Origin: Camelus dromedarius
Taxonomy: Eukaryota
Reading direction: 5' to 3'
DNA length: 64,000 nucleotides
NCBI RefSeq assembly: GCF_036321535.1
Contig: NC_087438.1
Location: 8,682,001 to 8,746,000, forward strand
Below are positions 13,161 through 26,566 of this stretch, one piece after another; the stretch's first letter is position 1, and each line of letters begins with the position of its first letter. The translations under genes and the position numbers were made by a program. The notes under the pieces were generated by a model. It did not search any database, had not been told where the DNA came from, and saw only the letters and a list, made by a program, of their open reading frames with translations.

Positions 13161-13972
13161 CACAGGATGCTCCTTTAAAGAGATTCAAGAATCGCACCTT
13201 TCACAGCATCTGTGCCGTGACTGCTTTCTGTGAGGTTAGCGGGAGTTTTCTGGGTGTGAGAGTGCACGTGTGCCATGTGACTTCTCTTGAACTACAACTG
13301 GGTTCAGAGAACAGCCAGAACTTTTATAATGGGGTGGTAATGGAGTTATGCTTTTTAATCTTACTTTCCTAATAACAGAAATCCTCTTAAAAATAAATCT
13401 CCAATAAAATTTTCCTTATGGAAGAGAAAGCGTCTTGCTTTACCACATTAAAGCTGGTAGAAGATTAATGTTTTTGCCTCTTGGTTTTATCCACTCTTCT
13501 TTCTATGCCATTGAAAAAAAATAGTGGGTATTAAAAAAATTTTGTTTTAACATTTTGGGTTTAATACTAACCCAAATTGTAGTCTTTGCGACAAACCGTC
13601 CCTTTGCACCTATCATGCATTTTGCAGCCAAGCCTTTGAAATTCTGCTATGTCCTTCTGATTAACAATTTATGCATACTCTTAAATCCACCCTCATGGAT
13701 TGGACTTTAAACTCTTATGTACAGAAGATGGTTATTTTTTTAAAGTATGTTAACCTTATTGAAAATATATGCCCCTACTTATGATGCAATAGTGTAATAG
13801 ATTCGTAGTTATTTTTATGCCTTGCAGAATCTGGGAAAGCATTCAGGTAGTATGCATTGCCAAAATTTCCCTTAGCTTACTCATAGATGGTCATAATCAT
13901 TCAAAACTTTTGTGTTCTTTCATCTCCAGACAGATATGAATCCATTCAAAGTTGGATAAAAGGGAACCTCAA

Positions 13973-14376
13973 GATTATCATACTGAGTGAAGTAAGTCAG
14001 ACAGAGAAAGACAAATACTATATCATATCACTTTTATGGAATCTTAAAAAAAGATTCAAATTCGATTTACAAACCAAAAACAGACCCACAGACATAGAAA
14101 ACAAACTATGGTTACCACAGGGGAAGGGGCGGGAAGGGATAAATTAGGGGTTGGGGGTTAATAGTCACACATTACTGTGTATAAAATAGATGAAAAACCA
14201 AGGACCTGCTGTAGAGCACAGAGAACTATGTTCAATATCTTGCAGTAACATATAATGGAAAAGAATCTGAAAAGAAAATGTATGTATGTATGAATATATA
14301 TAATTGAATCACTTTGCCGTACACCTGAAACTAACATAAATCAACTACACGTCAATAAAATTTTTTTTAAAGAAAG
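13973..14376 (+). mobile_element. 5'-truncated L1 3' end with 13-bp TSD
   Basis: IIILSEVSQ ORF2 end, then 3'UTR, AATAAA and A-rich tail. AAGGGAACCTCAA is repeated at 13960-13972 and 14377-14389. Confidence 0.92.
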
Positions 14377-14984
14377 AAGGGAACCTCAAAATGTTTTAAA
14401 ACTTTTCCCCTATTTCTCCATTTTTTCTTTCACATTTTTTTCCCTTTGGGGTCTCAGATCCATCGTCTCCACCCTCACTGGCACGCTCAGGAGCTCCCTC
14501 GTTCTGTCTGGGTGTGCTCCTCGCCCCTGGCTCATTCTGGAACAGTTGTAGTTGGCCTTTCTACTCCTCAGAAGGGAGCACCCGTGAGAAGAATGGCTCT
14601 CTAACATCACTTCATCCATTAGGTGATAAAGCATCACTTGTGTAGTTTATCATTATACTGATGACATGTGTGTATATGACACACATACACAGTGTATCAG
14701 TGTGTCATTTGCCTTTTCCTCCTGGCACGAAGATGAACATCAAGATATAATTCATAAGTGAATGAAGATACTGTAGTGTAGGATATGCATTTTACTTTTA
14801 TATATATGTTTGGTGGAGGGAAACTATAAATCAGACTTCTGGAAAGAATATTAAATCAGAATGAAAAGAAATAGATTCTGGCCCTTATCCTACACCCGAG
14901 AGGCTGACTGCATGATGAAGGGCAATTGGCGGTAATTCGGGATTTCAAGTACCTCCTCCATGGAAGTAAAATTTGATAACAAAG

Positions 14985-15210
14985 TAGATGGTGTTATTGA
15001 CCATTTACTGTGCACCAGCCACCACTCAGACCGTCACTGTGTAAGCCCTGCGATTACAGTTACATGACTGTAGTAGTAATATTGTCGCTACCATAAGAGA
15101 AACCTGAGACAGAGAGAGTTAAGTAACTTCCTAAATCATACAAGCTTTCAGGGAGAATTGAACCCAGGCGGTCTAGCTTAGGGTCTAAACTCTTAGCCTT
15201 TATGTCACAG
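14985..15210 (-). mobile_element. MIR SINE
   Basis: agagaaacctgagacagagagagttaagtaacttcctaaatcatacaagct...gaattgaacccaggcggtct is the MIR core. Confidence 0.75.
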
Positions 15211-15699
15211 CTGCTTCCCTTGAAGTGTAGGGTGGGTGACAGACCCACACAGTCTTTAGCTCCTTCCTGTTCTAACATGGCAATAATTCTTCATTTCCTT
15301 GAGTGCCAATAGGTAGAAAAATGGATGGAAAGTGAAATCTCTGGGAGATAAACTTCTTAAAAAGCAGGAAACCTATCTGGGGCCAGTCTGAAATGATTAT
15401 CTTGTGGAGACAGTACATTGTTCAAAATAAAAACTGATTTATTCATTGAGAAATAGTACCAGCATCTACAGTCCCACAGTTTATCCCTCAATCTCACGTA
15501 TTCAAGTAATAGTCATCTGCCGACATTCTCTCCTTTTCAACAGCAGACACATCAAGTCCAGGGACAAATAGAAAATCTAAATGGATCATGGATCTAAAAA
15601 AGCCATGTTTTGTTTTGCTCTGTTTCGTTCTGTTTTGGTAGGTTAAACTCTGATCTAATGCTGGCTGAGTCACAGATTTGCTAGTTCCTGAATAAGTAA

Positions 15700-16010
15700 C
15701 CGATCATCTTTACCCTCCTTTGTGTTCTCTGTCACCAAGCTCGGCACCATCATTCCTGTATTTCTTCAAGCAAGAGCATTGAAGTCATCCACCATCCATT
15801 TCTTTCCCTCACCAGCACATCCACAAACCACTGTGTCTGTCTCACCGCCTAAATCTTGATGGTGTTCATTCATTTCTCTCAGTCTTCATCACCACCTCCT
15901 TAGTGGTTATCACCTTCACCCATCTAGCGGCCAATTTCCCCAATGGTGTCCTTCAATTCACTCTTGGCTTTTCCTAGGGAGTCACAGTGACATATTAAAT
16001 CTGCACCTCT
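15700..16010 (+). mobile_element. L2 fragment
   Basis: ggcaccatcattcctg...caagcaagagcattgaagtcatcc...tctttccctcacc...catccaca matches the L2 3' region. Similar L2 sequence resumes near 17000. Confidence 0.6.
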
Positions 16011-16049
16011 TTTTTACACCCCTTCAAGGGAAGAAGAACAGGTTGAAGG

Positions 16050-16995
16050 GAGTTTTCATCTAGATACAAGGATGTAAAGTGCCATAATTAAGACACCTTA
16101 TTGCCGACCCAGCAATGAGCAAACTGATCAAAGAAATATAATAGACTGGAAGTGGCACAGGTGCACACAAATCTGATACATGACAGCTTTGTCCATATAG
16201 ATCGGATGGGAAAGAATGGATTATTTAATAAAGAGTTCTGGGGCAATTAGTTGTCCACATGTAAAGAATAAAATTGAATGCCTTCTTTATGTATGCAAAA
16301 AAATACATTTTGGGTAATTCAAATATAAAAAACAAAACATACACAATTTTAGATAAAATAGGAGAATCCATTCATGACTTGACTTTATGGGAAAATTTCT
16401 TGAGCCAGTAACACAAAGCAAAACAACAAAAGAAATGATTACTATTGTCAACCACATTAAAATGAAGAAAAACTCTAAAACCAAAAAATGAAGGAAATTT
16501 GCTATTCATCAAAAAAAGGAAAAGTGTAAAAAGTGAGATGATAGGCCAGAGTTAGGAAAATATTTGCAAAACATCAATGCAATGTGTGATATTCATAAGA
16601 TAGAAAAAATCTAAATCTGAATAAAAATATATAAGTAACTCAGAGGAAAATAGGCAATTTAAAGGAGCGAATATAAGAGCGGCCAATGAACCTGCAAGGA
16701 ATTTTCCACTGCATAGGTAGTCAGGGAGATACGACACAATGAAATACCATTTCATATTTATCAGACTGGTAAAAATTTTAGTTAGATAATGTCAAGTATC
16801 AGTGAGGATGTGGAACCATGGGAATGATTGTAGAAATGTAAATATAAATTGAAATACACCCTTTGGCAAAACCTAACAAGTGTGGAAATATGCAACCCTG
16901 AAATTACACCCCCAGGTGCATTACCTGCAGCGGTGCTATGACACCCGCAGGGAAATGTGTGCAACATGTTCACAGAATCACTGTTAGTGACAGGG
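16050..16995 (+). mobile_element. Old degraded L1 (L1ME-like) ORF2 3' region
   Basis: gggaaagaatggattatttaataaa, gaaaatatttgcaaaacat, caatgaaataccatttcat, gtgaggatgtggaac and aaatacacc occur in L1 ORF2 order. Confidence 0.7.
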
Positions 16996-17878
16996 TGAGA
17001 AAACAGGAGTCTCATTTCCCCCCTCTCCGAACTGATATCTCTTTCAGAGGGGAGTCCCTGAACATCCCAGAAAAGGCGTGGCCGCTTTTACGAACATTTA
17101 TGACTCCAGGCATGCTTCCTTCCTGGTAGCTACAACATGCAATTTTTTATTCATTTGGGTGATCATTTTACTGCTTTTTTCTGACTCCCTATAAAATAAG
17201 CTCACGAATATGAGAAGTCTCATTGAGAGATTCGCCTTGTATATTAACATTGTCAAATCACTGATACGTTTTATAGTTTTTCACAGTATTTCTCCAGTGA
17301 TTTATTTTCCTACTTTTTGTTTTCACAAATATTGGTAGTAACTCTAGGAATGGGTGTACTCAAGAAAAAAAGGAAGAGGAAGAAATATTGATATGTTATG
17401 CTTAATTTAGAAGAAAAGTAAATTATTCAAGCGAAAGGACTTGGACATATAACCAGGACAAAAGTTATTTTGTTCCAGTTTAAGAGCAATTCCTGTAGTC
17501 CATGCTGCCTGATTTTCATAGTTGGGCACATGATGAAAAATCACAAGCACAGAAGATTAAAACAAATATTATTTATTTTTAACACAGAGTTAACTGTAGA
17601 AGTTACTTAAGCCACACGTTGTAACTTCCTTTTTCTTTTTTGTCTGTTGTTTAGTTCAAATTCTTGTTGGAATGAATTATAGTAGTAGTAAGAAAAATAA
17701 CCAACTAATAAACAAGTAAAGAAAATGCCACGAGGGAAATCACAGAATATAGTTACTTTATGTTAGAGATTTATATGCTTTACAATAACTATTTGATGAA
17801 AATATTCATCTTTCAATTATTGAAAGAATTTCTGAATTGTACAATGTACATGTTATAAACAGACTGAGGTGCATCTTT

Positions 17879-18416
17879 GTTTTCCCAGTTTTATTGAAAC
17901 ATAATTGATATACATCACTGTTTAAGTTTAAGGTGTACAGCGTGACTGTTTGTTGCTACATATAATGCAAAATGATAACCACAGAAGGTTCAGCTAACAT
18001 CCATCTTCTCATAAAGATACAATAAAAAGAAAAGAAAGAAGAAAAGAATATTGTCCTTGTCATGAGAACTCTTAGGATTTACTCTCTTAATTTTCCTATG
18101 TATTGTACAGCAGTGTTAACCATATTACATCCCTAGTACTTATAAGTGGAATTATGAATCTTTTGACCAGTTTCCTCCATTTCTCCCTCCCCTACTCTCT
18201 GCCTGTGGTAACCACAAGTAGTCTGATCTCTTTCTATGAGTTTGGTGTTTGTTCTCATTTTTTTCTGGATCTAACATACAAGTGAGTCATACAGTATTTG
18301 TATTTCTCTAACTTATTTCACTTAATATAATGCCTTCAAGGTCCATCTGTGTTGTCCAGATGGTAGGATCTCTTCATTTATTATGGCTGAGTAATATTCC
18401 ATTGTATGTATATCTG

Positions 18417-18456
<40 letters not shown>

Positions 18457-21400
18457 ATCTATCTATCTATCTCACAACTTTTTTATCCATTCATCCTTCA
18501 ATGGATAATTAGGTTGCTTCCATGCTTTGGCTGTTATAAATAATGCTGCTATGAATATGAGAGTGCAGATTATCGTTTTGATTAGCATTTTCTTTTCCTT
18601 TGGGTGTTTCCAGAAGAGGAATTACTGGGTCATTTGGTGGTTCCATTTTTAATATTTTTGAGGGTCCTCCATACAGTTTTCCATAGTGGCTGCACCAGTT
18701 TACCATCCCACCAAAAGTGGGTTCCCTTTTCTTCACATCCACACCAGCATTTGTTATCTCTTTTCCTTTTGATGATGGCCATTGTAACAGGGGTGAGGTG
18801 ATATCTCCCTGTGGTTTTAATTTGCATTTCCCTAATGACTAGTGATGTTGACTAACTTTTCATGTACCTGTTGGCCTTTTAAGTATCTTCTTTGGAGAAA
18901 TTCAGTTCCTTTGTCCATTTTAAAATTGAGTTATTTGCTTTTTGCTATTGAATTGTATGAATCTTGTATATATTTTGAATATTAACCCTTGATCAGATAG
19001 ATAATTTGCAAATATTTTCCCCACCCATTTTGTAGGTTGTCTTTTCACTTTGTTGATTGTTTCTTTTGCTGTGCAGAAGCTGTTTAGTTGATGTAGTCTC
19101 AATTGTTTATTTTTGATTTTGTTACTTGTGATTTAGGTGTCATGTCTAAAAAAAATTATCATCAAGATCCACGTCAAGGAGCTTTATTCTTATATTGTTT
19201 TCTAGGAGTTTTATGGCTTTAGGTCTTACATTTAGATCTTTCATGCATTTTGAGTTAATTTTGTGAGTAGTGTAAGGTACCCCTCCAGTTTCATTCTTTT
19301 GCATATGAATATTCAGTTATCCCAGCACCACTTACTGAAGACTGTCTTTTCTCCACTGAATATTCTTGGCTCTCTTGTTGAAAATTAGTTGACTGTATAT
19401 GCATAGGTTTATTTCTGGGCTCTCAGTTCTGTTCCCTTGGTGTATTTGTCTGTTTTCATGCCAGTACCCATAAGGTTTTGATGACTGTAGCTTTGTAGCA
19501 TAGCTTGAAATCAGAAAATGTGATGACTCCTGTTTGTTCTGCTTTTTCAAGATAACTTTGGCTATCTGGGGTCCTTTTGTGGTTCCATATAAATTTAAAA
19601 GTGCTTTTCTACTTCTGTTAAAAACGCCATTGGAATCCTGATGAAGATTGCATTCAATCTATGGATGACTTTTGGTGGTATTGACATTTTCACATTAATA
19701 GTTCCAATCCATGAATATGGAAAATGTTCCCATTCCATTTTCAAACTTTTAAGCTAGGGTTGTAAGTAACTTCTCCACTCTCATGACCATATTGCAGAAT
19801 CGATCACTATGTGTTTACCGTTGCTAGTGAGAGTGATGCTGTCTTTTTGTGTTTTTATGATATTAATTAGTGTTCTTTTACTCCCACTCAAAGTTCTCCC
19901 TTTAGCATTTCTTGGAAGGCAGTCCTGCTAGTAATGAACTCCCTCAGCTTTTGTTTGCTTGGGAAAGTCTTTACCCCTCATTTATTTCTGAAGGACAGTT
20001 TGCTGGCTGTAGAATTCTTGGTTGACAGTTGTTTTCTTTCCATACTTTGAATATGTCATTCTATTCCCTTCTGCTTTTGTTGAGACATCTGTCCTAGTCT
20101 TATGGGGCCTCCCTGGTGCATTACTTCTCTCTTTTCTCTTGTTTCTTAAATTTTTTTTTGTCTCTGACTTTTGACAATTTAATTATAATGTGTTTCATTG
20201 TGGCCCTTTCAGGTTAACCTATTTGGGGTCCTTTGGGCCTCACGGATCTGGATGTCCATTTCTCTCTCCAGGTTTGGGAAGTTTTCAGCCATTATTGCTT
20301 TAAATATACTTTCTGTCCCTTTCTCTTTGTCTTCTCCTTCTGGAATTCCCATGAAGCAAGCATTGTTTATTTTCGTCATACCTTATAATTCCTGAAGGCT
20401 CTCTTCACTCCTTTTTCATTCTTCTTTTTCCTTTTTGCAGCTCTGACTGGGTAACTCCCAGTGTCCTAACCTCCACATCAATGATTCTTTCTTCCATATG
20501 GTGGAATCCACTTTTAAAACTACTGAATTCTTTGTTTTGACTCTATGCTTTCTGCATTTTTTATGCAGAAAAACTATTTCTTTGTAAAACTACTCATTTT
20601 GTTTGTGCATTATTTTGCTAATTTTTTTTAGTTATCTGTCTGTGTTTTTTTGTAGTTCACTAAACTTGCTTAAGAGAATTATTCTGAATTCTATTTCTGA
20701 CAGTTCACAGATTTCCAGTTCTTTAGGGTCAGTTGTTGGATCTTTATTAGTTTCCCTTGGTGGTGTCATATGTACCTTTCTTTTTGTGATCCTTGATTTC
20801 TTATGTTGGTATCTGTGCATTTGTATAATGGGACTCTTCTTCTAGACTTCAGCAGTCAGCTCAGTTTGGGTTTCTGCATCTGCTGGTAACTTTCTTGGGC
20901 AGGTGGGATCTGATATTATGGTCCATTTTTTGGTGAGACAACTATTAGCGATCTGAGGACAGGGATCGGGTGTGTGCCACTGGCTGAGAACAGTTGGATA
21001 GGACTGCTGGCCGGGTTCCCTACCCAAGTGAGGCTGTAGGATGGGCTCCCTGATTGCCTGGATCCTCTGGTGGGGAAGCCACAGGCTGCACTCTCTCTTC
21101 AAATGTCCCAGTGATTGCACCTCGCAGATTTCCTTGCAACCTCGATGGTGCAAGATCAGAATGAGGGCTCCCACAAAGTGACCCACAAGCAAGGTGCTCT
21201 TTTTCCCTCCAGGTTCTCTTTTCTCACTGAAGGAACAGGAGGCTCTGGGGAGGTGTCTCCCTGTGGTGCTGTGTGGATCTGGGGGAGGACAACGCCATCC
21301 ACATGTAGCACTTCTGTTACCTTCTAATGCAATCTGTCCCGGTGTCTGAGGTGCAGGGGGTGCTTCAACCTCACTCTTTTGTTCTAGAATTCTCTCAGTG

Positions 21401-21479
21401 GTGTCCTGTTCTCAGTTCTTGTGAAGGGGAGGGAAGGCAGGTTTGACCTATGTCACCCTCTTGGTGATGTCACTCCCTC
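17879..21479 (-). mobile_element. L1MA-type LINE-1 with 5'UTR, ORF1, ORF2 C-terminal part and 3'UTR; EN/RT region missing; 12-bp TSD with 1 mismatch
   Basis: ORF2 pieces: [49 protein letters not shown]1 piece: MTPPRETNKDP..ELSEIEFRIILLSKFSELQKNTDR. The 5' end reads GAGGGAGTGACATCACCAAGA. TSD AGG[T/A]GCATCTTT at 17867-17878 and 21480-21491, followed by TT/AA. Internal (TCTA)n at about 18410-18471. Confidence 0.88.
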
Positions 21480-21720
21480 AGGAGCATCTTTTTAAACAAT
21501 TACAGTTATATTGTCTTATAATAAGACATGAAAGAATTATCACTCAGTGGGGACAACGAGATGCTGCTTTAAACTCCTACATTTTGAATTCTCACCCTAT
21601 GGCTTTCTGTTGTCACTGAGAAATGAAAGTGACTCCAAGCTCAAATATATTTTTGTAAAGTTTATGGCAAGCAATACATGAATTGCAATGTATTGATGTA
21701 CTTATATTTTCCCCTAATTT

Positions 21721-21846
21721 TTTAACTATTTTTTAAGTGAAGTACAGTCAGTTACAATGTGTCAATTTCTGGTGTACAGCACAGTGTCCCAGTCCTGCAT
21801 ATACATGCATATATTCGTTTTCATATTCTTTTTCATTAAAGGTTAC
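21721..21846 (-). mobile_element. Short L1 3' terminus (same 3'UTR type as 25491-25807)
   Basis: Reverse-complement similarity to about 25700-25805. Degenerate flanking repeats tattttcccctaattt / catttcccttaagttt. Confidence 0.8.
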
Positions 21847-22679
21847 ATTTCCCTTAAGTTTTTAGTAAGTTCTTTACTCTCCATCTATATTTAAATATCC
21901 ATTGTTCATATCAGGCTGGATATTCCTAGAAATTATCTTAGTACAAAAGAAATATTCAGTAATACTCTTGAGTATGCCATTATAATGTGCTGATTTAGAT
22001 GAAAAAATGAAATATGGATTCAGCATTAACAAGAAATCTCATGAATAAACTTTTAATCTATGAGATTTAGCTCTCTAAATTTGAATTATATTTATGTGAA
22101 TAATTATTATCCAAAACTGTTAAAATTAATCATATCAATTCTTCTCAAAAGGAAAATATCATTATTGTTGAGAATTACCATCAAAATAATCTCTCCCAAA
22201 ATCTTAATTTGTATTCTAATTTGTTATAAAAGAAAGGATAGCAGAAGTCATTCTGCTTTGGTTTTATTTTTTGGAATAGAAATAGTGTAGGCACAATTTC
22301 TCATCTGAAAAACAGGGATTCTCATACTGCCTACCTCACAATCTCATTGTGAATTCATATGTCAAGGAATAAAGAATTTATTTTTCCTCCTTTTGATCTT
22401 TACATGGTTTACTTTTATACACTGTTCTGAAGAATAGATATTGCAGGTGTGTTTGGGTTCTATACCCCACACATGGGACTTTTGGAGGAAAGTAGATTTG
22501 ATATATGGGACATGATAAAAAAGAGACCAAAGAACTTGTGAGCAGCTGGAGGAGACATAAAGATGCGGGCTGGTGGGTGTAATTCCCCAACATGCCCCTA
22601 CGCTAGTATCTACATCTAGTTGGAAAAGTCTAGCAGGTTCTAGCTCTGGATAGTGGTGTCGAGACTGTTTCCTGTTCTC

Positions 22680-23130
22680 ACCAGTCACACTGTCTTACTT
22701 TACATTCTTTTCTCTAATCACCTGCACGGTCTTTCTACTCTTCTCTTTCTGTATCTTTTCCAACAATTCCAGCCACACTGGGCTATTTACTAACTCTGGC
22801 CCTACCATGCCCAGCCACTTTGCCATTTTTTTCCTGCTATTTTGTCATCTCAGAATGTTCTGCCACTCCATCTCCATCTTGACAGCAAGGGAAGCTCTCC
22901 TTTCACGGTTAAGTCATTTCTGATCCCAACTGTCACAACTAAAACTGTCCTTTGTGCTGCCCAGCAAGTTTCCTGACACTCACTTCTACTTAGAGCCATC
23001 ATACTAGTCATTGTGTCTGCCTGCCTCATGAGAGTTCATGCTTGTTGATAGGAAATTAGACTTTTCTTCCATTTTCTTCACTTCAGGGCCTAACATTGTA
23101 GATTTCATAAAATATTAGCTCAATATTCTC
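22680..23130 (+). mobile_element. L2 3' fragment
   Basis: ttccagccacactgggctattt...tcagaatgttctgcc...cagggcctaacattgtag...aaatattag matches the L2 3' end. Confidence 0.55.
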
Positions 23131-25140
23131 TTCATACCAGTCCATCAGCAAAACTTAAAGTAAAAGTATGTGTCCCTGATTGGCAAAAAAAAGGATACTT
23201 GATTTTGACTGGAAAATAAACATGCGGCTTTGCGAAGTTGGTACAAAAATCAATATTAATAAATCAAATCTACCAGTTGAAGCCATGCTCCCCAAGCAAT
23301 TGAATGACAATTTTCTGACTCTATTTTTCCAAGCCATTCTCTACTACACAGAAAATGGAGAGCCTATAAAATGTAGGTCAATTTTCCTTGTGCTCAGCAG
23401 GAATACAACTGCGGAGTTCAGTAACAGGCAGAACAAAAACACCCTCACATTTCCTTTAGGAGTCTCTAGGTTATAAACTCTACATTTTCTAATTTGTGGT
23501 CAGAATCTCAATGTTTTTTGGTATGGTTGAGATATTTTGTCTGGCGTACTATATCCTTTCTCAAATATTTTTTTGGAAATGAAAGTTATACACATTTTTG
23601 TAAATAATACTACCAGTTCTAAGGATGTCTAATCAAGTAGCTGCTTCTTACAAAAGTAATAAGAAAACACAAATGTAAAGTAGGAAAAATACCAATATTT
23701 ACAACTTCATTATTATTAAATCCCTTTTATTCATTTAGATGTCTCACATATTCAGTCAGCTACTTCTCAAAATGTGTTTTATCATTCAAACCATAGAAAA
23801 TGAAGTCATTATTCCAGTTTATCATATTTTCACACAAAAAGAAGGAAATATATTTCAGGATGTTTGAAAGATAGAGAATTTTGCATGTCCATGTATAAAA
23901 TTAGCGTGCCCATAAAAGTTAAAACTTCTATATGCAAAAATGGGATCTGTTCTTTTTTCCCTGATAATAAAATGCACTCAGTAATGTTATTAACTAGTAT
24001 TAAATATTTTACACTGAACAGTCTCCTTTATCTGAAAAATAAGAACTCAGATAAAAAAAAATAAGAAGGCACCTAACTTTGCAGCTTGTTTTGTAAATGT
24101 CAGTGTGGAAAAAGTACAACGTGCCAAAGATGTGGCTTTTAATTTTGAGTAAGGATGTGACAAATTACATGAGTGGTTGTGCCTTAGTCTTTTGGAAGAT
24201 CATCCTTTATATGACATCAATAATTTTAACACCTTTGAACATTTAGCTTTTCTCATGAAATTGGAAGTATATTTAAAGTTTTCTAAAGTATGAATTTCAT
24301 GCAAGTTAGTGTTTGGTTATTTCATAAAGAAACATTGATGAAAAGAATAATATATGGAATAAAGACAGTTTCACTTAAATTTTTTTTGGAATCAGACAAG
24401 TATGCATGTGTTCTAATTTAGGGCATTCTGCAAATTCACATTTATTTAGAGGACATAGAATTACAAAATCCAGATATCAGCAGATTTTATACCATCGTAG
24501 TACTGTTTTTGAATTAACACACCTTCCTACTTAATGTATTAGTTAATACATTGAATAATCTTAGTGAGAACCCAAGTACTTGGTTTAGTCTTAAGGAATA
24601 ACTTACACAATGATATATGTTGCTAAACTTTGTAAAGAATTTGATGATGAATTATACATTTTACTGTACAAATGTCCAGCACAAATTGAGAGCCACAAAG
24701 TTAATTAAGCTCATATTCAAAACAAAGCAATTACTTAAAAGAGAATCCTGTCATTTAAAAAATAGAGTAATTTTTAAACATTTAATTATATAAGGGAGAG
24801 AATTCCCTATGTATAGATGTTTGCCTGAAAACATTCCAAGATTAGAAACCTGTCCACAAACATTCTGTGAACCTCTAGATACAGAGTCAGTTGAAGTGGT
24901 TTCCAGTTCCAAGGCAGCTCCACCACAGTGGCTCTGTTGTCTTGAACATTTTAATCTTTGCATGGCTTCATGCCACTCAGGACCTCTAGATACACAGAAC
25001 GGGCTATACCTAACACGTTTCTAAGTCCCCCTGAAGCTATGCTGATGCAGGTGCTACATGGATATCTATTAATCTGAAATCTCAAGCACTGGTGATGCTG
25101 GTAGGAAGTGGGGAGGGTCAATAAAAATCAGAAAACACTG

Positions 25141-25807
25141 GAGAATTGCCTGTTTAGTTCCTCTGCCCATCTTTGGATTGGGTTGTTTGCTTTTGTCATT
25201 AAGTTGTATGAGCAGTCTATACATTCTGGAAATTAAACCTTTGTCAGTAGCGTCATTTGAAAATATCTTCTCTCATTTCATAAGTTGTCATTTTGTTTTG
25301 CTTATGGTTTCCTTTGCTGTGCAAAAGCTTATAAGTTTAATTAGGCCCCATTTGTCTGTTTTTGCTTTTATTTCTGTTGCCTGGGTAGACTGCCCTAGGG
25401 GAACATTGGTAAGATTTTATGTCAGAAAATGTTTTGTCTATGTTTTCTTCTAGGAGGTTTATAGTGTCTTGTTTTATATTTAAGTCTTTAGAAAAGAAAA
25501 AAGAAGACAATAATGAACTTATCTACAAAACAGAAACAAACTCATAGTCATAGTAAACAATTTTATTTTTATGGGGGGAAAGGTGGGTGGTAAGGGATAA
25601 ATTGGGAGTTGGAGATTTGCAAATATTAACTGGTATATCTAAAGTAGATAAACACCAATTTTCTGTATAGCACAAGGAACTATATTCAGTATCTTGTAGT
25701 AATCTACAATGAAAAAGTATATGAAAATGAATATATGTATGTACATGTATGACAAACATTACGCTGTGCACCAGAAATTGACACATTGTAAACTGACTAT
25801 ACTTTAA
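25141..25807 (+). mobile_element. 5'-inverted L1: ORF2 piece on minus (25141-25490) plus 3'UTR on plus (25491-25807)
   Basis: Two L1 segments in opposite orientation abut directly. Flanks AAAAATCAGAaaaCAcTG (25123-25140) and AAAAATCAGAtcgCAgTG (25808-25825). Confidence 0.85.
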
Positions 25808-26566
25808 AAAAATCAGATCGCAGTGCATGGAAGGTGGTTAATGAACATAAAACACTTTGTCAAGAATGTCAGTGGTGGTAGAGAAAGGGGGGTAGTTTGA
25901 AGATCAAGGACGATGTATTTCAATGTATTTCCCAGGCTAGAGGATGAGAATAATGAATCTCTGGAATGGTAAACCCACAGGACACAGAAGATAAATTGAC
26001 TTTATTCGTCATTTGTTGAATTTGTGTGTGTGGCAAAGTATTGGGTACTTTGAAAGATGCTACTTAGATTTTTTTTTCACGTTTAAGGCTTCGAAAGCTA
26101 ATAGCACTGCTGCTGCTCATTTAAAGATCTTCTCTGTATTTTATATACGGGAGCAAGATTATCTTCTATCATTTTGAATAAATATTTATTTTAAAAGAGT
26201 GAATCCGGTTCCACATGCTACAAAAATTATACAAACAACATTTTTCCATTATTTACACCAAGCCATGGTTTGTGCCTTGTACCTTTAAATATTTAATCAT
26301 GTTATTTTTTCTCCCTCTGCTACAATTTGTAGACAGTTTACAGAAACAGAAGCAGTACATTGTAAAAAAAAAAAAAAAGACTTTTCTACATTTCAGAAAA
26401 TCAGGTTAATTTAGGTATAATAATAATGGTGGTTAGAGTTATTTAATAATGAAGATGGCTAAATGTAACAAAAAAATGTTAACAGGCATTTAAAGAAAAT
26501 GTGGTCCTTCCTCCAATATATTTGATGAACTTGAATTCAACAACAGCAAACCAGCTTATTTACTGC

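Noticed and set aside
15917..15933. CTCF-like motif TGGCCGCTAGATGGGTG on the minus strand
   Set aside because: It mismatches the conserved C/R positions after GG and lies in an L2 relic. It cannot be supported without ChIP data.
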